This document shows positions 49,829-60,754 of a stretch of DNA of 64,000 nt, in pieces; position 1 is the first letter of the stretch; each line of letters begins with the position of its first letter. The position numbers were made by a program, and so were the translations under genes. The stretch spans positions 832,001-896,000 of the forward strand of contig OZ223264.1 in NCBI GenBank assembly GCA_965140585.1. The letters run 5' to 3'. Under the pieces are notes generated by a model. It saw only the letters and a list, made by a program, of their open reading frames with translations. It did not search any database and was not told where the DNA came from. The DNA is from Spirochaetia bacterium. GTDB lineage: Bacteria; Spirochaetota; Spirochaetia; UBA9216.

Positions 49829-50761
49829 ATGCTGGGTTTCATTGTAAAGCGTATTCTTATGCTTATCCCAATATTGATAGCTGTATCAATATTACTATTT
49901 ATTTTAATGTCGTTTACGCCGGGTGATCCTGCGAAGCTCATTTTAGGTTTAAATGCTTCCGATGAGAAAGTTGCGGCTCTTAGAGCCGATATGGGGTTGG
50001 ATGATCCAATTCCGGTCAGGTATTTAGTATACCTAAAGGGTGTAGTAACCAGGTTTGATCTGGGAACATCCTATATTACCGGTCGCAGTGTTACTCACGA
50101 AGTAAAGGAGCGCTTGCCTTACACCCTTCTGGTGGCCTCCTTCAGCATAGTGATAGCATTGGTTTTTGGAATTCCGCTGGGTTTTATTGCTGCAACAAAT
50201 CAGAATACGTGGAAGGATAATGCGGCCATGTTTCTTTCCCTGTTTTTTATATCTATGCCGGCGTTTTGGTTTGCCCTGATTCTTGTAATGATATTTGCGA
50301 TTAATCTGCATCTACTTCCCGTTGTCGGCATTTCAAGCTGGAAAGGCTTCATTCTGCCAGTAGTTTCTCTTGCTCTGGGCGCTACGGCTGGAATTGCGCG
50401 GCAGACAAGATCCAGTATGCTCGAGGTTATCCGCCAAGATTATATTTCCACCGCCGCCGCCAAAGGCCAGACAGATTTCAAAGTAAAAACAAATCATGTC
50501 CTTCGTAATTCATTAATTCCAATTATTGTCTATGCAGGGTCAGGACTGGGCAGAGCAATGGGCGGGGCTCTAATTGCTGAGAATATATTTTCAATACCGG
50601 GTATGGGAACGTATATGGTTAGTGCTATCGCCAGACGTGATTATCCGGTAATAATGGGCGGGGTTCTGGTCATTTCCGTATGCTTTTGCCTGATAATGCT
50701 GGCTGTGGATGTAATTATGGCATACGTGGATCCCAGGATGAGAGCTCAGATTGTCAAATAA
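49829..50761 (+). CDS. Peptide/nickel ABC permease (DppB/OppB-like)
   Basis: PGDPA, RSSMLEVIRQDYI.TA.AKG, RDYPVIMG. Confidence 0.93.
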   Translation: MLGFIVKRILMLIPILIAVSILLFILMSFTPGDPAKLILGLNASDEKVAALRADMGLDDPIPVRYLVYLKGVVTRFDLGTSYITGRSVTHEVKERLPYTLLVASFSIVIALVFGIPLGFIAATNQNTWKDNAAMFLSLFFISMPAFWFALILVMIFAINLHLLPVVGISSWKGFILPVVSLALGATAGIARQTRSSMLEVIRQDYISTAAAKGQTDFKVKTNHVLRNSLIPIIVYAGSGLGRAMGGALIAENIFSIPGMGTYMVSAIARRDYPVIMGGVLVISVCFCLIMLAVDVIMAYVDPRMRAQIVK

Positions 50762-51659
50762 TATAATGGAGGATGATTATAATATGGGAAACTCTGTCGA
50801 TTTATCGCAGATTAAAAAAAGATCTGCAGTTAAAATATTTTTTAAAAGGCTGGCAAAAAACAAACTTGCCGTAGCTGGCCTGGTAATTATTGCATTATTA
50901 GTTCTTTTAGCTTTGTTCGGACCATTAATTGCACCGTACAGTTATAAAGAGCAGGATCTCAACAATACGTTCGCAAGGTCAAGCCTGGAGCATCCCCTAG
51001 GTACTGACAATCTAGGTCGTGACGAGTTGAGTCGGCTGATCTATGGAACAAGACAATCCCTGAGAATTGGATTCATGTCCGTGCTGCTTGCATCGTTTCT
51101 GGGTACATTTTTTGGTGTAATTGCTGGTTATTACGGCGGCCTTGTGGACAATCTCCTTATGAGAATTCTAGATGTCTATCAATCAATTCCAGGGCTGATA
51201 CTATGTATCGTTCTTGCAGTAACGCTTGGGCCGGGACTCGGCAACGCGATAATTGCTTTAGGCATTGGTACTATGCCTGTTTATGCGAGGATTGTCAGGG
51301 CTCCGATGCTTCAAATTCGGAGTATGGAGTATATTGAAGCAGCTAAGGCCATAAACGCCAGCGATCGGCGCATAATTCTGAGATACGGTCTTCCCAACGC
51401 TATTGCGCCCTTGATTATCCAGATAACTATGAGTGTAGGACTCTCCATTTTAGCAGCAGCCATGCTTAGTTTTATCGGTCTTGGTGCTCAGCCCCCGCTT
51501 GCTGAGTGGGGTGCCATGCTGACGGATGGGAAAGGGTACATCAGAGACCATGGTTACCTTATTACCTATCCGGGCATAGCTATTGTCATAAGTGTGCTTG
51601 CTTTCAATTTATTCGGCGATGGCTTGCGGGATGCGCTTGATCCCCGCCTTAAAAACTAA
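50751..51659 (+). CDS. Peptide/nickel ABC permease (DppC/OppC-like)
   Basis: HPLGTDNLGRD, EYIEAAKA, GDGLRDALDP. Confidence 0.93.
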   Translation: MSNNIMEDDYNMGNSVDLSQIKKRSAVKIFFKRLAKNKLAVAGLVIIALLVLLALFGPLIAPYSYKEQDLNNTFARSSLEHPLGTDNLGRDELSRLIYGTRQSLRIGFMSVLLASFLGTFFGVIAGYYGGLVDNLLMRILDVYQSIPGLILCIVLAVTLGPGLGNAIIALGIGTMPVYARIVRAPMLQIRSMEYIEAAKAINASDRRIILRYGLPNAIAPLIIQITMSVGLSILAAAMLSFIGLGAQPPLAEWGAMLTDGKGYIRDHGYLITYPGIAIVISVLAFNLFGDGLRDALDPRLKN

Positions 51660-51677
51660 AAGGAATAAGGTGTTTTA

Positions 51678-52664
51678 ATGATTATGGATTCTGATAAGGA
51701 CATATTACTAGAGGTTAAAGACCTGTTTGTTGAATATAAATCTGATGATGAGATTCTTCATGCGGTTAACGGTATCTCTTTCGATATTAAAAAGGGAGAA
51801 ACTCTCGGGTTGGTCGGCGAAACCGGAGCTGGAAAAACCACGATCGCCAAATCGATTCTGCGAATTCTGCCCAAACTGCAATCGACCATAAAAAACGGTT
51901 CTATTCATTTTTCCGGCAGACAACTTCTGAACCTTGGCGAACGTGAAATGCAGGGCATACGTGGGAATAAAATTTCAATGATATTTCAGGACCCGATGTC
52001 GGCTCTCAACCCTGTTATGTCCATAGGTGCACAGATAGAAGAGTCAATTAAGCTTCACCGCAATTTATCCCGGAAGGACAGGGAGAAACTTGTGGTGGAA
52101 ATTCTGGAAAAGGTTGGGATCCCGGGTTCAAGGAAAAGTGAGTATCCGCATCAGTTTTCCGGGGGCATGAAACAGCGTGTAGTTATTGCAATTGCTCTTG
52201 CCTGCAGTCCCAGTCTGCTTTTGGCGGATGAACCTACTACTGCGCTTGACGTTACAATTCAGGCGCAGGTTCTGGACATGATTGAAAAACTGAAATCCGA
52301 ATTCCACATGTCCATGCTGCTTATAACTCATGATCTTGGTATTGTCGCGGAAACATGCGACAGGGTCGCAATTATCTATGCGGGTGAGATAGTGGAGTTA
52401 GGAGAGGTCGAACAGGTTTTCGATCATCCGCTTCATCCATATACAATAGGCCTTTTCGGTTCACTCCCAAGTATAGAAGATTCAGCTTCAGACAGGCTGA
52501 AGCCAATCAACGGACTTATGCCGAACCCCCTGGCGCTTCCTGTCGGCTGCAAGTTTGCGTCGCGATGTCCGAGGGTTACTGACTTATGCAGGGAAAATGA
52601 TCCGGAAAGCAGATTATTTAAAGGGCATTATGTCAGCTGCCATCATGCTGAAGGGGGAGAATAA
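51678..52664 (+). CDS. Peptide ABC ATP-binding subunit (DppD/OppD-like)
   Basis: [29 protein letters not shown]-terminal Cys motif. Confidence 0.94.
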   Translation: MIMDSDKDILLEVKDLFVEYKSDDEILHAVNGISFDIKKGETLGLVGETGAGKTTIAKSILRILPKLQSTIKNGSIHFSGRQLLNLGEREMQGIRGNKISMIFQDPMSALNPVMSIGAQIEESIKLHRNLSRKDREKLVVEILEKVGIPGSRKSEYPHQFSGGMKQRVVIAIALACSPSLLLADEPTTALDVTIQAQVLDMIEKLKSEFHMSMLLITHDLGIVAETCDRVAIIYAGEIVELGEVEQVFDHPLHPYTIGLFGSLPSIEDSASDRLKPINGLMPNPLALPVGCKFASRCPRVTDLCRENDPESRLFKGHYVSCHHAEGGE

Positions 52665-53614
52665 TGGCGCCAATTTTACAGGTAGAAAATCTAAAGAAGT
52701 ATTTTAAATCCCCGAAGGGAAATTTACATGCAGTTGATAATGTGAGTTTTACTATTGAAAAAGGTGAGACTCTTGGTGTTGTTGGTGAATCAGGTTGCGG
52801 TAAATCCACATTGGGTAGGACTCTGATGCACCTTGTTGAAAATACCGGCGGAAAGATTATTTTCGACGGCGAAGATATTACAAAGGTAAGCAAGCAAAAA
52901 CTGAGAAAAATTCGTGAAAACATGCAGATTATTTTTCAGGATCCTCTTTCCTCTCTGAACCCCAGGATGACTGTGATTCAGACCATCAGCGAACCATTTT
53001 ATATTCAAGGTATAAAAACCAGAAAAGAAATAGAGTATGAAACACAAAAACTCATGGATACAGTCGGTCTGTCACGGGAGTTCGCCTATGCCTATCCACA
53101 TGAACTGGATGGCGGACGCTGTCAGCGAATAGGGATCGCACGAGCCCTTACTCTGGAGCCGAAGTTTATTGTTTGTGATGAACCTGTTTCTGCACTTGAT
53201 GTATCGATACAGGCCCAGGTTTTGAACCTGATTCAGGATTTGCAGGAAGAAAAAGAACTGACCTATCTTTTTATTACCCATGACTTATCGGTTGTAAAAC
53301 ATATATCTGATCATATATGCGTAATGTATCTGGGCGAGATCGTGGAGAAGGCAACTTCCCGGGATTTATTCAAAAAACCGTTACATCCGTATACCAGGGC
53401 GCTGCTCTCGGCAATTCCTGTGCCCAATGTGCATTTTAAAAAGGAGCGGATTCTGATAGAGGGCGAAATTACATCTCCAATAGAACCTCCGGAGGGATGC
53501 CGTTTTGCTGCCAGATGCATATATGCATCGGAAGAATGCAGGAAAAAGCAGCTTCTTACTGAGGTGGAACCGGAGCACTTTGTGCTGTGTTCAAAAGTCA
53601 AGGAATTCATGTAG
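52664..53614 (+). CDS. Peptide ABC ATP-binding subunit (DppF/OppF-like)
   Basis: [28 protein letters not shown]. Confidence 0.94.
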   Translation: MAPILQVENLKKYFKSPKGNLHAVDNVSFTIEKGETLGVVGESGCGKSTLGRTLMHLVENTGGKIIFDGEDITKVSKQKLRKIRENMQIIFQDPLSSLNPRMTVIQTISEPFYIQGIKTRKEIEYETQKLMDTVGLSREFAYAYPHELDGGRCQRIGIARALTLEPKFIVCDEPVSALDVSIQAQVLNLIQDLQEEKELTYLFITHDLSVVKHISDHICVMYLGEIVEKATSRDLFKKPLHPYTRALLSAIPVPNVHFKKERILIEGEITSPIEPPEGCRFAARCIYASEECRKKQLLTEVEPEHFVLCSKVKEFM

Positions 53615-53690
53615 AGAGCCCTTTAAAAACAGTTCTAAAGCTGACCTGTTATTCTGAATATCGGTACAGCATATTATAAGGAGGCATATT

Positions 53691-55235
53691 ATGCAGAAAA
53701 AAATTCGATTACTGTTGTTAATTGTAGTATTAGCATTCAGTATGTTGGCATGCGGAGGCAAAGGCAGCGATGCAGATTCCGCCAAATCAGCAGGAGAGGC
53801 AGAACTCTCAAAATTGGTGGTAGCAATACCGGATGATCCCGGTACTTTAACCTTTCTTTCAGCAATGGGTTCGCAATCCTATTACAATATTGTAGGGCAG
53901 ATGTATGACTGCCTGTTCGAATATGGTGTTAATAATGAGATGACCCCTGAACTTGCTGAATCCTGGGAAAAGGTAGACGATTTACACTACATTTTTAATC
54001 TGCGCAAAGATGTAAAATTTTCAGACGGGCGTGAATTTACAGTTGAGGATGTTGTTTTTTCCATGAATATTGCAGCTACAGACCCCGCACAAAGCCAGGC
54101 GGTTGCAGGTATTGTATTGGAGGATCTCAAGATTATCGATGACTATACGATTGAGGTTCCCTTAAAAACAGCGTCTCTCCCTAACTTTGTAAATATCGGA
54201 TCTGTAAGGATAACCAAAGAAGTAGCGTACAACGAGAGTCCTGATCAGCTGAAGACATCTACCTACGGTACCGGTGCCTATATGCTGAAATCATACAAAC
54301 CCGGTAACTCTGTTACACTGGTTAAAAACCCCTACTATTGGGGAGAAGAGCCGTCCATTGATGAAGTTGAGATGAAGATAATATCAGATCCTTCACAGCG
54401 AACAAATGCTCTTGTAGCAGGCGATGTCGATATAATTCAGAATCCATCAATCAATGATCTAACGTATTTTAAAGAAGAGGAAAATTTTGAAGTTAACAGT
54501 CTTATTACCTGGAAATCAGATGGTTTCTTTTTTAATACTACTTCAAACTCTCCATGTGAAGATGTGCATTTAAGAAGAGCAATTGCCTATGCCATCGACA
54601 AAGAAGGAATTCTCAATACCGTATTCTACGGATTCGGATCGCCTTCTGTATCTCCCTTTACTGAAACTTTCATTGACTTTGATGAGGCCTATATTGCCGA
54701 CGGTTACTATGATTATAATGTTGAAAAAGCTAAAGAGGAGCTTGCCAAAGCTAATATTCCTGCGGACATGATGCTTAAAATAATCATCAATAATTCAGCT
54801 GATAGTCAGTCCGTATCCCAGATAATACAGTCGCTACTGTCTACAGTAGGGATTGTATCTGAGATTGTCTCATACGATTCAGCAGTCTATTTCGGTACAA
54901 TGAGAGATTCTTCCAGCGGCTGGGATATTGCCTTGAACTATACAACCTGCCCCAGCGGTCTGGCTTCAGACCTTGTAAACGCCTGGGTACTTCACCTTGG
55001 TATTTCCGGGTACAGAGATCCGGATATGGTAGGTGCTATCGATACTGCGCTTCAGCTGGGTAATGTAGATGAAATGGCCCCTTCAACTGAAGTTGTGTAT
55101 AAAAAAGTAATCGATGATTTGCCGTTCTTTTCTTATATCCAGACTGCAGTTAATATTGCATACAACAGCAAGGTTGAGGATTTTGACTGGTGGGGTCGAG
55201 GGAATATGAAATTCCGTCTGTATTCAGTAGAATAA
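53691..55235 (+). CDS. Family 5 ABC substrate-binding lipoprotein
   Basis: Lipobox MLAC; PELAESW, LRKDVKFSDG, GTGAY, LRRAIAYAIDK. Confidence 0.93.
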   Translation: MQKKIRLLLLIVVLAFSMLACGGKGSDADSAKSAGEAELSKLVVAIPDDPGTLTFLSAMGSQSYYNIVGQMYDCLFEYGVNNEMTPELAESWEKVDDLHYIFNLRKDVKFSDGREFTVEDVVFSMNIAATDPAQSQAVAGIVLEDLKIIDDYTIEVPLKTASLPNFVNIGSVRITKEVAYNESPDQLKTSTYGTGAYMLKSYKPGNSVTLVKNPYYWGEEPSIDEVEMKIISDPSQRTNALVAGDVDIIQNPSINDLTYFKEEENFEVNSLITWKSDGFFFNTTSNSPCEDVHLRRAIAYAIDKEGILNTVFYGFGSPSVSPFTETFIDFDEAYIADGYYDYNVEKAKEELAKANIPADMMLKIIINNSADSQSVSQIIQSLLSTVGIVSEIVSYDSAVYFGTMRDSSSGWDIALNYTTCPSGLASDLVNAWVLHLGISGYRDPDMVGAIDTALQLGNVDEMAPSTEVVYKKVIDDLPFFSYIQTAVNIAYNSKVEDFDWWGRGNMKFRLYSVE

Positions 55236-55261
55236 TTTAATTTAGCTTCTTTTAATATATA

Positions 55262-55290
55262 TCCGCCGGCAGTTTAATCTGGTCGGCGGA
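55262..55290 (+). promoter_or_regulatory. Stem-loop after the SBP gene
   Basis: TCCGCCGGC / GTCGGCGGA inverted repeat. Confidence 0.45.
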
Positions 55291-55316
55291 ATAATTGTCA
55301 TGCAGGAGATCATTCA

Positions 55317-56111
55317 ATGGCATCAATCAGTTGTACTTTCTATTCAGAAATTTTGGAAAAAGAGGTGCAGGCGTTTGTTTTTCTCCCTGCGTTTACTTTC
55401 AAGGACAAAGGATTCCCGGAAGAAGAAAGATATTTCAAAAAACGTAAATTTAAAACTCTTGTATTATTGCATGGTTATTCGGGAACCTTTTCATCCTGGC
55501 AAAGAAATACCCGGCTTGAATATTATGCCGAACAAAATGATTTGGCGGTTATCTGTCCCGACGGTAATAACGGACATTACAGCGACTGGGAAAGTGGTCC
55601 AAGGTATCTGAGCTTTCTTAATGATGAATTTTTACCTGCTACTCGCTCAATGTTTCCGCTTTCAACTGAAAAAGAGGATAATTTTATCGGTGGTTATTCA
55701 ATGGGCGGCTACGGTGCGGTAAAATGGGCTTTTACATATCCCGATATTTTTTCCCATGTAATAAATTTTTCCGGCGGTCTGAACATTTTACCGCGGATTG
55801 AGTATTACAAAAAAATGATAGGTGTTGAACAGACAAAAGCGGTTTTCGGAAATCTAGACGAAATAGAAAACAGCCGTCATGATATTTACTGGCTTATGCA
55901 GGAATATATGAAAAATGATAATTCCCGATTGCGCATTTACTCCTGTTCAGGTACGGAGGACCTTCCTGCAACGGAAGCACATATGTTATTTGTAAGAATC
56001 GCCGAGAAACTTGGCTATGATATTACTACTTTCACTGGTCCGGGAGGACATGATTTTGATTTTTGGGATGAGGTATTAAAAAAAGTGATTTATCAGTGGC
56101 TTCCGCTCTAA
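55317..56111 (+). CDS. Alpha/beta esterase (tributyrin esterase/XynC-like)
   Basis: LLHGY, GYSMGG, GTED, GGHDFDFW. Confidence 0.9.
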   Translation: MASISCTFYSEILEKEVQAFVFLPAFTFKDKGFPEEERYFKKRKFKTLVLLHGYSGTFSSWQRNTRLEYYAEQNDLAVICPDGNNGHYSDWESGPRYLSFLNDEFLPATRSMFPLSTEKEDNFIGGYSMGGYGAVKWAFTYPDIFSHVINFSGGLNILPRIEYYKKMIGVEQTKAVFGNLDEIENSRHDIYWLMQEYMKNDNSRLRIYSCSGTEDLPATEAHMLFVRIAEKLGYDITTFTGPGGHDFDFWDEVLKKVIYQWLPL

Positions 56112-56141
56112 AACCTTAAAAGATTTCAGGACTTACAATAA

Positions 56142-56735
56142 ATGAACATTACTGACAGAATAATAAAACACGTATACAGCACAGATTTTAAGGATATTCC
56201 AGAGGCAGTGATAAATATTCAGAAGAAAGCACTAATCGATGCTGTTGCTGTATCCTTTGCCGCCTCTTCAAAAGGCGAGAGTTGCGGTGAATTCATCGGG
56301 CTTGCTAAAGATCTTGGAGGAGCGGAGTCTTGTGTAGTGATAGGCTGCGGGTTTAAAGCTTCTCCCGTTGGAGCGGCTCTTGCAAACGGTGCAATGGCTC
56401 ATGCGATGGATTATGAGGATGCGCATGATCTTTCCTGTATACATTCCAACGCAGTCTCTACAGCGGCAGCACTTACGATGGCGGATCTTAAAAGGCCGGA
56501 TGTCCGGAAAGGATTTTCTTGCTGCACTGACATTAGTAAGCGATATCTCCATAAAATAACGGATGTTTTCTATATGCCGGTAGATATTCCTGAAAATTGC
56601 TCGCCGGTTATCGTTGAACCTGAAAATCCAAAATTCAATGAGATAAATAATTATATAGAAAAGATTACAAGAGCAGAAAACATTGATACGGAATTTACTG
56701 TTTGCGGTAACGAAATAAAGATTAATCTGAAATAA
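56142..56735 (+). pseudogene. MmgE/PrpD family 5' fragment, frameshifted and joined to unrelated sequence
   Basis: AALANGAMAHAMDYEDAH..H motif; the homologous continuation SGKDFLAAL lies in another frame and ends at 56559. Confidence 0.75.
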
Positions 56736-56755
56736 TATTTTAGGGAGGATTTGAT

Positions 56756-57556
56756 ATGGGGTTCTTCAGATATACATTTTTATCGGTAATTCTGGAATGT
56801 ACAACATCAATTACCGTTACATTACCAGATTTTGAGCGGCAGCATAGGGATAAATCCCTTGATGATATTTATCTCGAAGGTGTCAAACTGCCCACCATTT
56901 ACCTGCTTCACGGCGGAAGTGGTGATTCTTCTGATTGGTTAAGAAAGACTCAGATAGAGCTGCTATCGAATGAAATGGGTTTCATGACCGTCTCGATTGA
57001 TGCTTTGGAGAGTTTTTACTCCGATATGATACATGGCAGGGATTATTTTACCTATCTGACTGAAGAAGTCCCCCGGATAGTTCAGCGACTGTTCCCCTCG
57101 TCTCCGTACAGGAAAGATAACTATATTGCCGGTTTTTCTATGGGCGGACACGGTGCCATGAAAGTAGCATTAAGGTGTCCCGAAAAATTTACAGCAGTTC
57201 TGGCCCTCTCCGGAGCCAAAGACATGGTGAAGATGGCAAAGCTTGCCGAAGAAATGGGGATCATTGCGTCTAACAGCACTGTAGACGAGGCCTTCGGCTC
57301 GATTGACAATATCTATGACTCAGAGAATGATCTCTTGTTTCTGGCAAAAGAATTAAAGAAGTCAGGAAAACAGCAGCCTGAGATCTTTCTGGGCTGCGGT
57401 ACCGAAGACTATGGTTATGAATTATGCCGTGAATACAGTTCTTTTCTGAAAAAAACAGGCTTGAAAAATGAGTTCATTTCCATTCCGGGAAAGCATGATT
57501 ATTTTTTCGTCAATCAGATGATAACCAAAGCAGTTAAAGAATTATTTAAATTATGA
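56756..57556 (+). CDS. Alpha/beta esterase (tributyrin esterase/XynC-like)
   Basis: YLLHGGSGD, GFSMGG, CGTED, GKHD. Confidence 0.9.
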   Translation: MGFFRYTFLSVILECTTSITVTLPDFERQHRDKSLDDIYLEGVKLPTIYLLHGGSGDSSDWLRKTQIELLSNEMGFMTVSIDALESFYSDMIHGRDYFTYLTEEVPRIVQRLFPSSPYRKDNYIAGFSMGGHGAMKVALRCPEKFTAVLALSGAKDMVKMAKLAEEMGIIASNSTVDEAFGSIDNIYDSENDLLFLAKELKKSGKQQPEIFLGCGTEDYGYELCREYSSFLKKTGLKNEFISIPGKHDYFFVNQMITKAVKELFKL

Positions 57557-58743
57557 CAGATTCTGACAAACTGTTTTCTAGAGACTATATTCTTATATCC
57601 ATTCTGGGCCTGCTTATTAGATTCAGCATGTTTATTAAGATGACTATTCAGCCGCTTTACCTTATTAATCTCTTTTCATCCAAAACTGTAGCGGGATTGG
57701 CTGTGACTGTATTCACAATATCCGCACTGGTGCTCCGGCCTCTGTCCGGGAGAATAATCGATAAATACGGACGAAGGAATATGTTTTTTTGGGGGACAGT
57801 AACCTTTTCGCTGACAACTCTACCTTTGGGTTTTATCGACAATCTTTTTATAATATATATCTTCCAGGCAGTTGGAGGAATCGCTTTTTCAATTCAATCA
57901 GTCGCCGACACAACGATGGTCACGGATGTTGTTCCTGAATCAAAACTGACACAGGGTCTCGGATATTATGGATTAACGGCAACTCTTGCACAGGCTCTGG
58001 GACCCTCCGTAGGGCTATTGTTAATTTCAGCTTATAATTACAGTATTAGCTTCCTTATAACCGGAGCAATTAATCTTATTTCAATATTTCTTGTATTTTT
58101 AATAGCTTATGAAAAACAACCTGCTTATATTCGTTCAGTTGCGGAACGAATACGGAACAGGAGTGATGTTAAACGGACATTTCTTGACAATCTTATAGCA
58201 AGAAGTGCGGCATATCCTTCCCTGTATATTGGCATTCTTTCTTTTATCGGTGCCTCAATAGGTACTTTTCTTGTGCCGTATGCAAAGCTGTCAGGAATAC
58301 CAAGCATCGGTCTATACTTTTCATTCAGAGCCATTGGTGTTGCATTGTCGCGGATGTTTGTCAGCCGGGTAACAGATGCTTTGGGAAAATTCAAATCATT
58401 GATTCTAAGTATGCTCCTGATTGTATTCGGGACAACAGGAATCCTTTTCATGAGTAATATTTTTATGGTGGTACTGGTAGCGCTTTTATATGGTATCGGA
58501 TTTGGAATAGCCTCGGTGGTGTTAAACGTAGGTGCAGTAATTAACACTCCTCAAGTCAATAGAGCCGCCGCAAATGCAACCTTCTTTTTGATGATAGATG
58601 CGGGTATTGGATTAGGCTCGGTAACATGGGGTATTATAGGCGATACTCTGGGAATTAGCAGTATATTTATTGGTTCAGCCATTATGTCACTTTTCGTTTT
58701 TATAGTATTTGCAGGAATGAAGAAAAGTCGTGAGATATTCTGA
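57553..58743 (+). CDS. MFS transporter
   Basis: About 12 TM; GRIIDKYGRR motif A. Confidence 0.92.
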   Translation: MTDSDKLFSRDYILISILGLLIRFSMFIKMTIQPLYLINLFSSKTVAGLAVTVFTISALVLRPLSGRIIDKYGRRNMFFWGTVTFSLTTLPLGFIDNLFIIYIFQAVGGIAFSIQSVADTTMVTDVVPESKLTQGLGYYGLTATLAQALGPSVGLLLISAYNYSISFLITGAINLISIFLVFLIAYEKQPAYIRSVAERIRNRSDVKRTFLDNLIARSAAYPSLYIGILSFIGASIGTFLVPYAKLSGIPSIGLYFSFRAIGVALSRMFVSRVTDALGKFKSLILSMLLIVFGTTGILFMSNIFMVVLVALLYGIGFGIASVVLNVGAVINTPQVNRAAANATFFLMIDAGIGLGSVTWGIIGDTLGISSIFIGSAIMSLFVFIVFAGMKKSREIF

Positions 58744-58829
58744 TTTTGAAGATTTTACTGTTCGTTTGTTTTTTACATATTCAAGCACATGAGTTATTTT
58801 TTTACATCTTTAATCACTTGATCGATAAT

Positions 58830-59523
58830 AATGGTGGTGTATGTGTCGGTTTGATTCGCTGAAGCTCGCTATATTCTGTTTCATCTGCTCAAAGGTTGAT
58901 GCCCCTGAAAGGTTCCATTACCCATACAGGTATTTTATAATGTTTAAGCAGCTCCACCTTAGCTTCAGCATCCTGGAAGGACCAGTCAACATAGTTAAGC
59001 TGCAGCTGACCGAATTCCATATGCTCGCCATAGGCTTCAAGAAAACGTTTTATCACTTCGTAACTTCCATGTGCTGAAAAACCGAGGTGTTTTATTCTTC
59101 CGTTTTTTTTCTGCTCAAGAAGGTACTTAAGAATACCCTATCTTTCATTGAGATAGGCATCGATATTAATTTCGCAGACATTATGAAAGAGGTAGAAATC
59201 AAAATATTCAACACCGCATTTTTTCAGCTGTTCTTCGAAGATTTCCTCCACCTTATCCATGTTGGACAGATCGTATACGGAGAATTTTGTTGCAAGATAA
59301 AATTTATTCCTGGGATAGTTGCCCAGGATTCGGCCTATTACTGTTTCTGACTGTCCGTCATGATAGCCGCATGCAGTATCAAAATAATTAACTCCATTAT
59401 CAAATGCATATTTAACCATATCAGCGGCTGCCTGCTCATCTATCTGACCGTCATTACCGGCAGTCTCATTGTTCCCATACCCAGAAGGGACAGATCCTTG
59501 TCTTTAAATTTCCTGTAGATCAT
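58830..59523 (-). pseudogene. Aldo/keto reductase, frameshifted, nonsense-mutated and 3' truncated
   Basis: MIYRKFKDKDLSLLGMGTMRLP, then NGVNYFDTACGYH..LATK..FYLFH, in-frame TAG at 59138, then GRIKHLGFSAH..VMEP. Confidence 0.8.
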
Positions 59524-60270
59524 TTATTTAACCTCGTTGATGCAGCGTAAGGCATTAAGACTTCTGGGATAGCCTATAAAAGGAAGACACCGCGACAGAA
59601 TCTTAATAAGAAATGCTTTATCATTTCCTACGTTAATGTTGCCGGCCACATGCCCCATAAGCTGAGGTTCGCATCCGCCCTGGGCAGCAAGGAAACAGAA
59701 GGTGATCATTTCTCTTTGCGCAAGATCAAGGCCTGTTCTTGTGTAATAATCACCGAAACAGTTATCTGCAAGCCAGCGGTTTATATGTCTGCTTTCTTCG
59801 GGGCCGGATTTCCAGAAATCTTTCATCTGTTCACCGAAGATCTCAACCTGAGCCTGGCTTCCGGCGGGGAGTCTTGTATCAGAGTCGGTTGTAGCCTGAG
59901 GAGGCAGGGGCAGTTCAATTCCATGCTGTGACAGGATTTCATTGACTGCTTTAAGAAATGGCTGTACCCGTCCTATGCCGAGGTAGGCTGTGGCCTGATA
60001 CACTGTTTCCTTGACTTCAACCGGTGTAACTCCGAAATTCAGCGCAGCGGGCAGCATTACCTTAAACTCATCAATTCCCTGGCAGCCGAGAAGGGCTGCA
60101 AGAATAGCAAGCATTCTGGTTTTATCATCAAGATTATCAGTGTTTACAACTTCATCAAAGGCAAAATTGTTAAAAATCTCAACAAACTCAGGATCTGTTT
60201 TCATTAAATCCGGAGTAATGCCAGGAAGCATTCTTTCATGGTATTCTTTTGCTTTACTTGTAATAGACAT
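59524..60270 (-). CDS. Carboxymuconolactone decarboxylase family (double domain)
   Basis: DPEFVEIFNNFAFDEV, YQATAYLG, NCFGDYYTRTGL, PFIGYPRSLNAL. Confidence 0.9.
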   Translation of the reverse strand: MSITSKAKEYHERMLPGITPDLMKTDPEFVEIFNNFAFDEVVNTDNLDDKTRMLAILAALLGCQGIDEFKVMLPAALNFGVTPVEVKETVYQATAYLGIGRVQPFLKAVNEILSQHGIELPLPPQATTDSDTRLPAGSQAQVEIFGEQMKDFWKSGPEESRHINRWLADNCFGDYYTRTGLDLAQREMITFCFLAAQGGCEPQLMGHVAGNINVGNDKAFLIKILSRCLPFIGYPRSLNALRCINEVK

Positions 60271-60279
60271 AATTATTCC

Positions 60280-60650
60280 TTATTTCAGTTTGCTGTAATG
60301 TTCATCGTCAACAGCTTCAAGCCATTCTGTTTTTCCGTTTACTCCCGGAATCTCAACTGCAATATGGACAAACCAGCTGTCTTTAGCCGCACCATGCCAG
60401 TGTTTAACTCCCTGGGGAATATTTACAACATCACCTGCCTGAAGTTCCTGTGCTTCCTTTCCTTCTTCCTGGTACCATCCGCGGCCGCCGGTAACAAGCA
60501 GAATCTGTCCGCCCTTTTTATCGGCCATGTGAATGTGCCAGTTATTTCTGCATCCGGGTTCGAAAGTTACATTGGCAGTAATAAGTCCGTCTCTGGTCCG
60601 CAGTTTTAAATAGCTTTTGCCAATAAAATAATCTCCGAAGGGATTAATTT
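60280..60650 (-). pseudogene. Cupin-domain gene lacking its start codon
   Basis: Homology continues upstream of the called Met (YFIGKSYL..NVTFEPGCRNNWHIH..GGQIL..KHWHGA), but no in-frame ATG precedes it. Confidence 0.65.
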
Positions 60651-60661
60651 CACTATAAAAA

Positions 60662-60675
60662 TTGCCTATTCCTCC
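60662..60675 (-). promoter_or_regulatory. YqhC-type AraC binding box
   Basis: GGAGGAATAGGCAA, resembling the E. coli yqhD upstream box as recalled; lies between a YqhC-like regulator and its divergent operon. Confidence 0.45.
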
Positions 60676-60754
60676 GAAATGCAGGACTATTTACCTCTAA
60701 AACAGCTTAATTTATGCTTAATATCTTATTACAGTCAGTTAATGAGGTGAAAAT

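Noticed and set aside
58841-59350. Two plus-strand ORFs of 78 and 87 aa
   Set aside because: Shadows of the minus-strand aldo/keto reductase pseudogene
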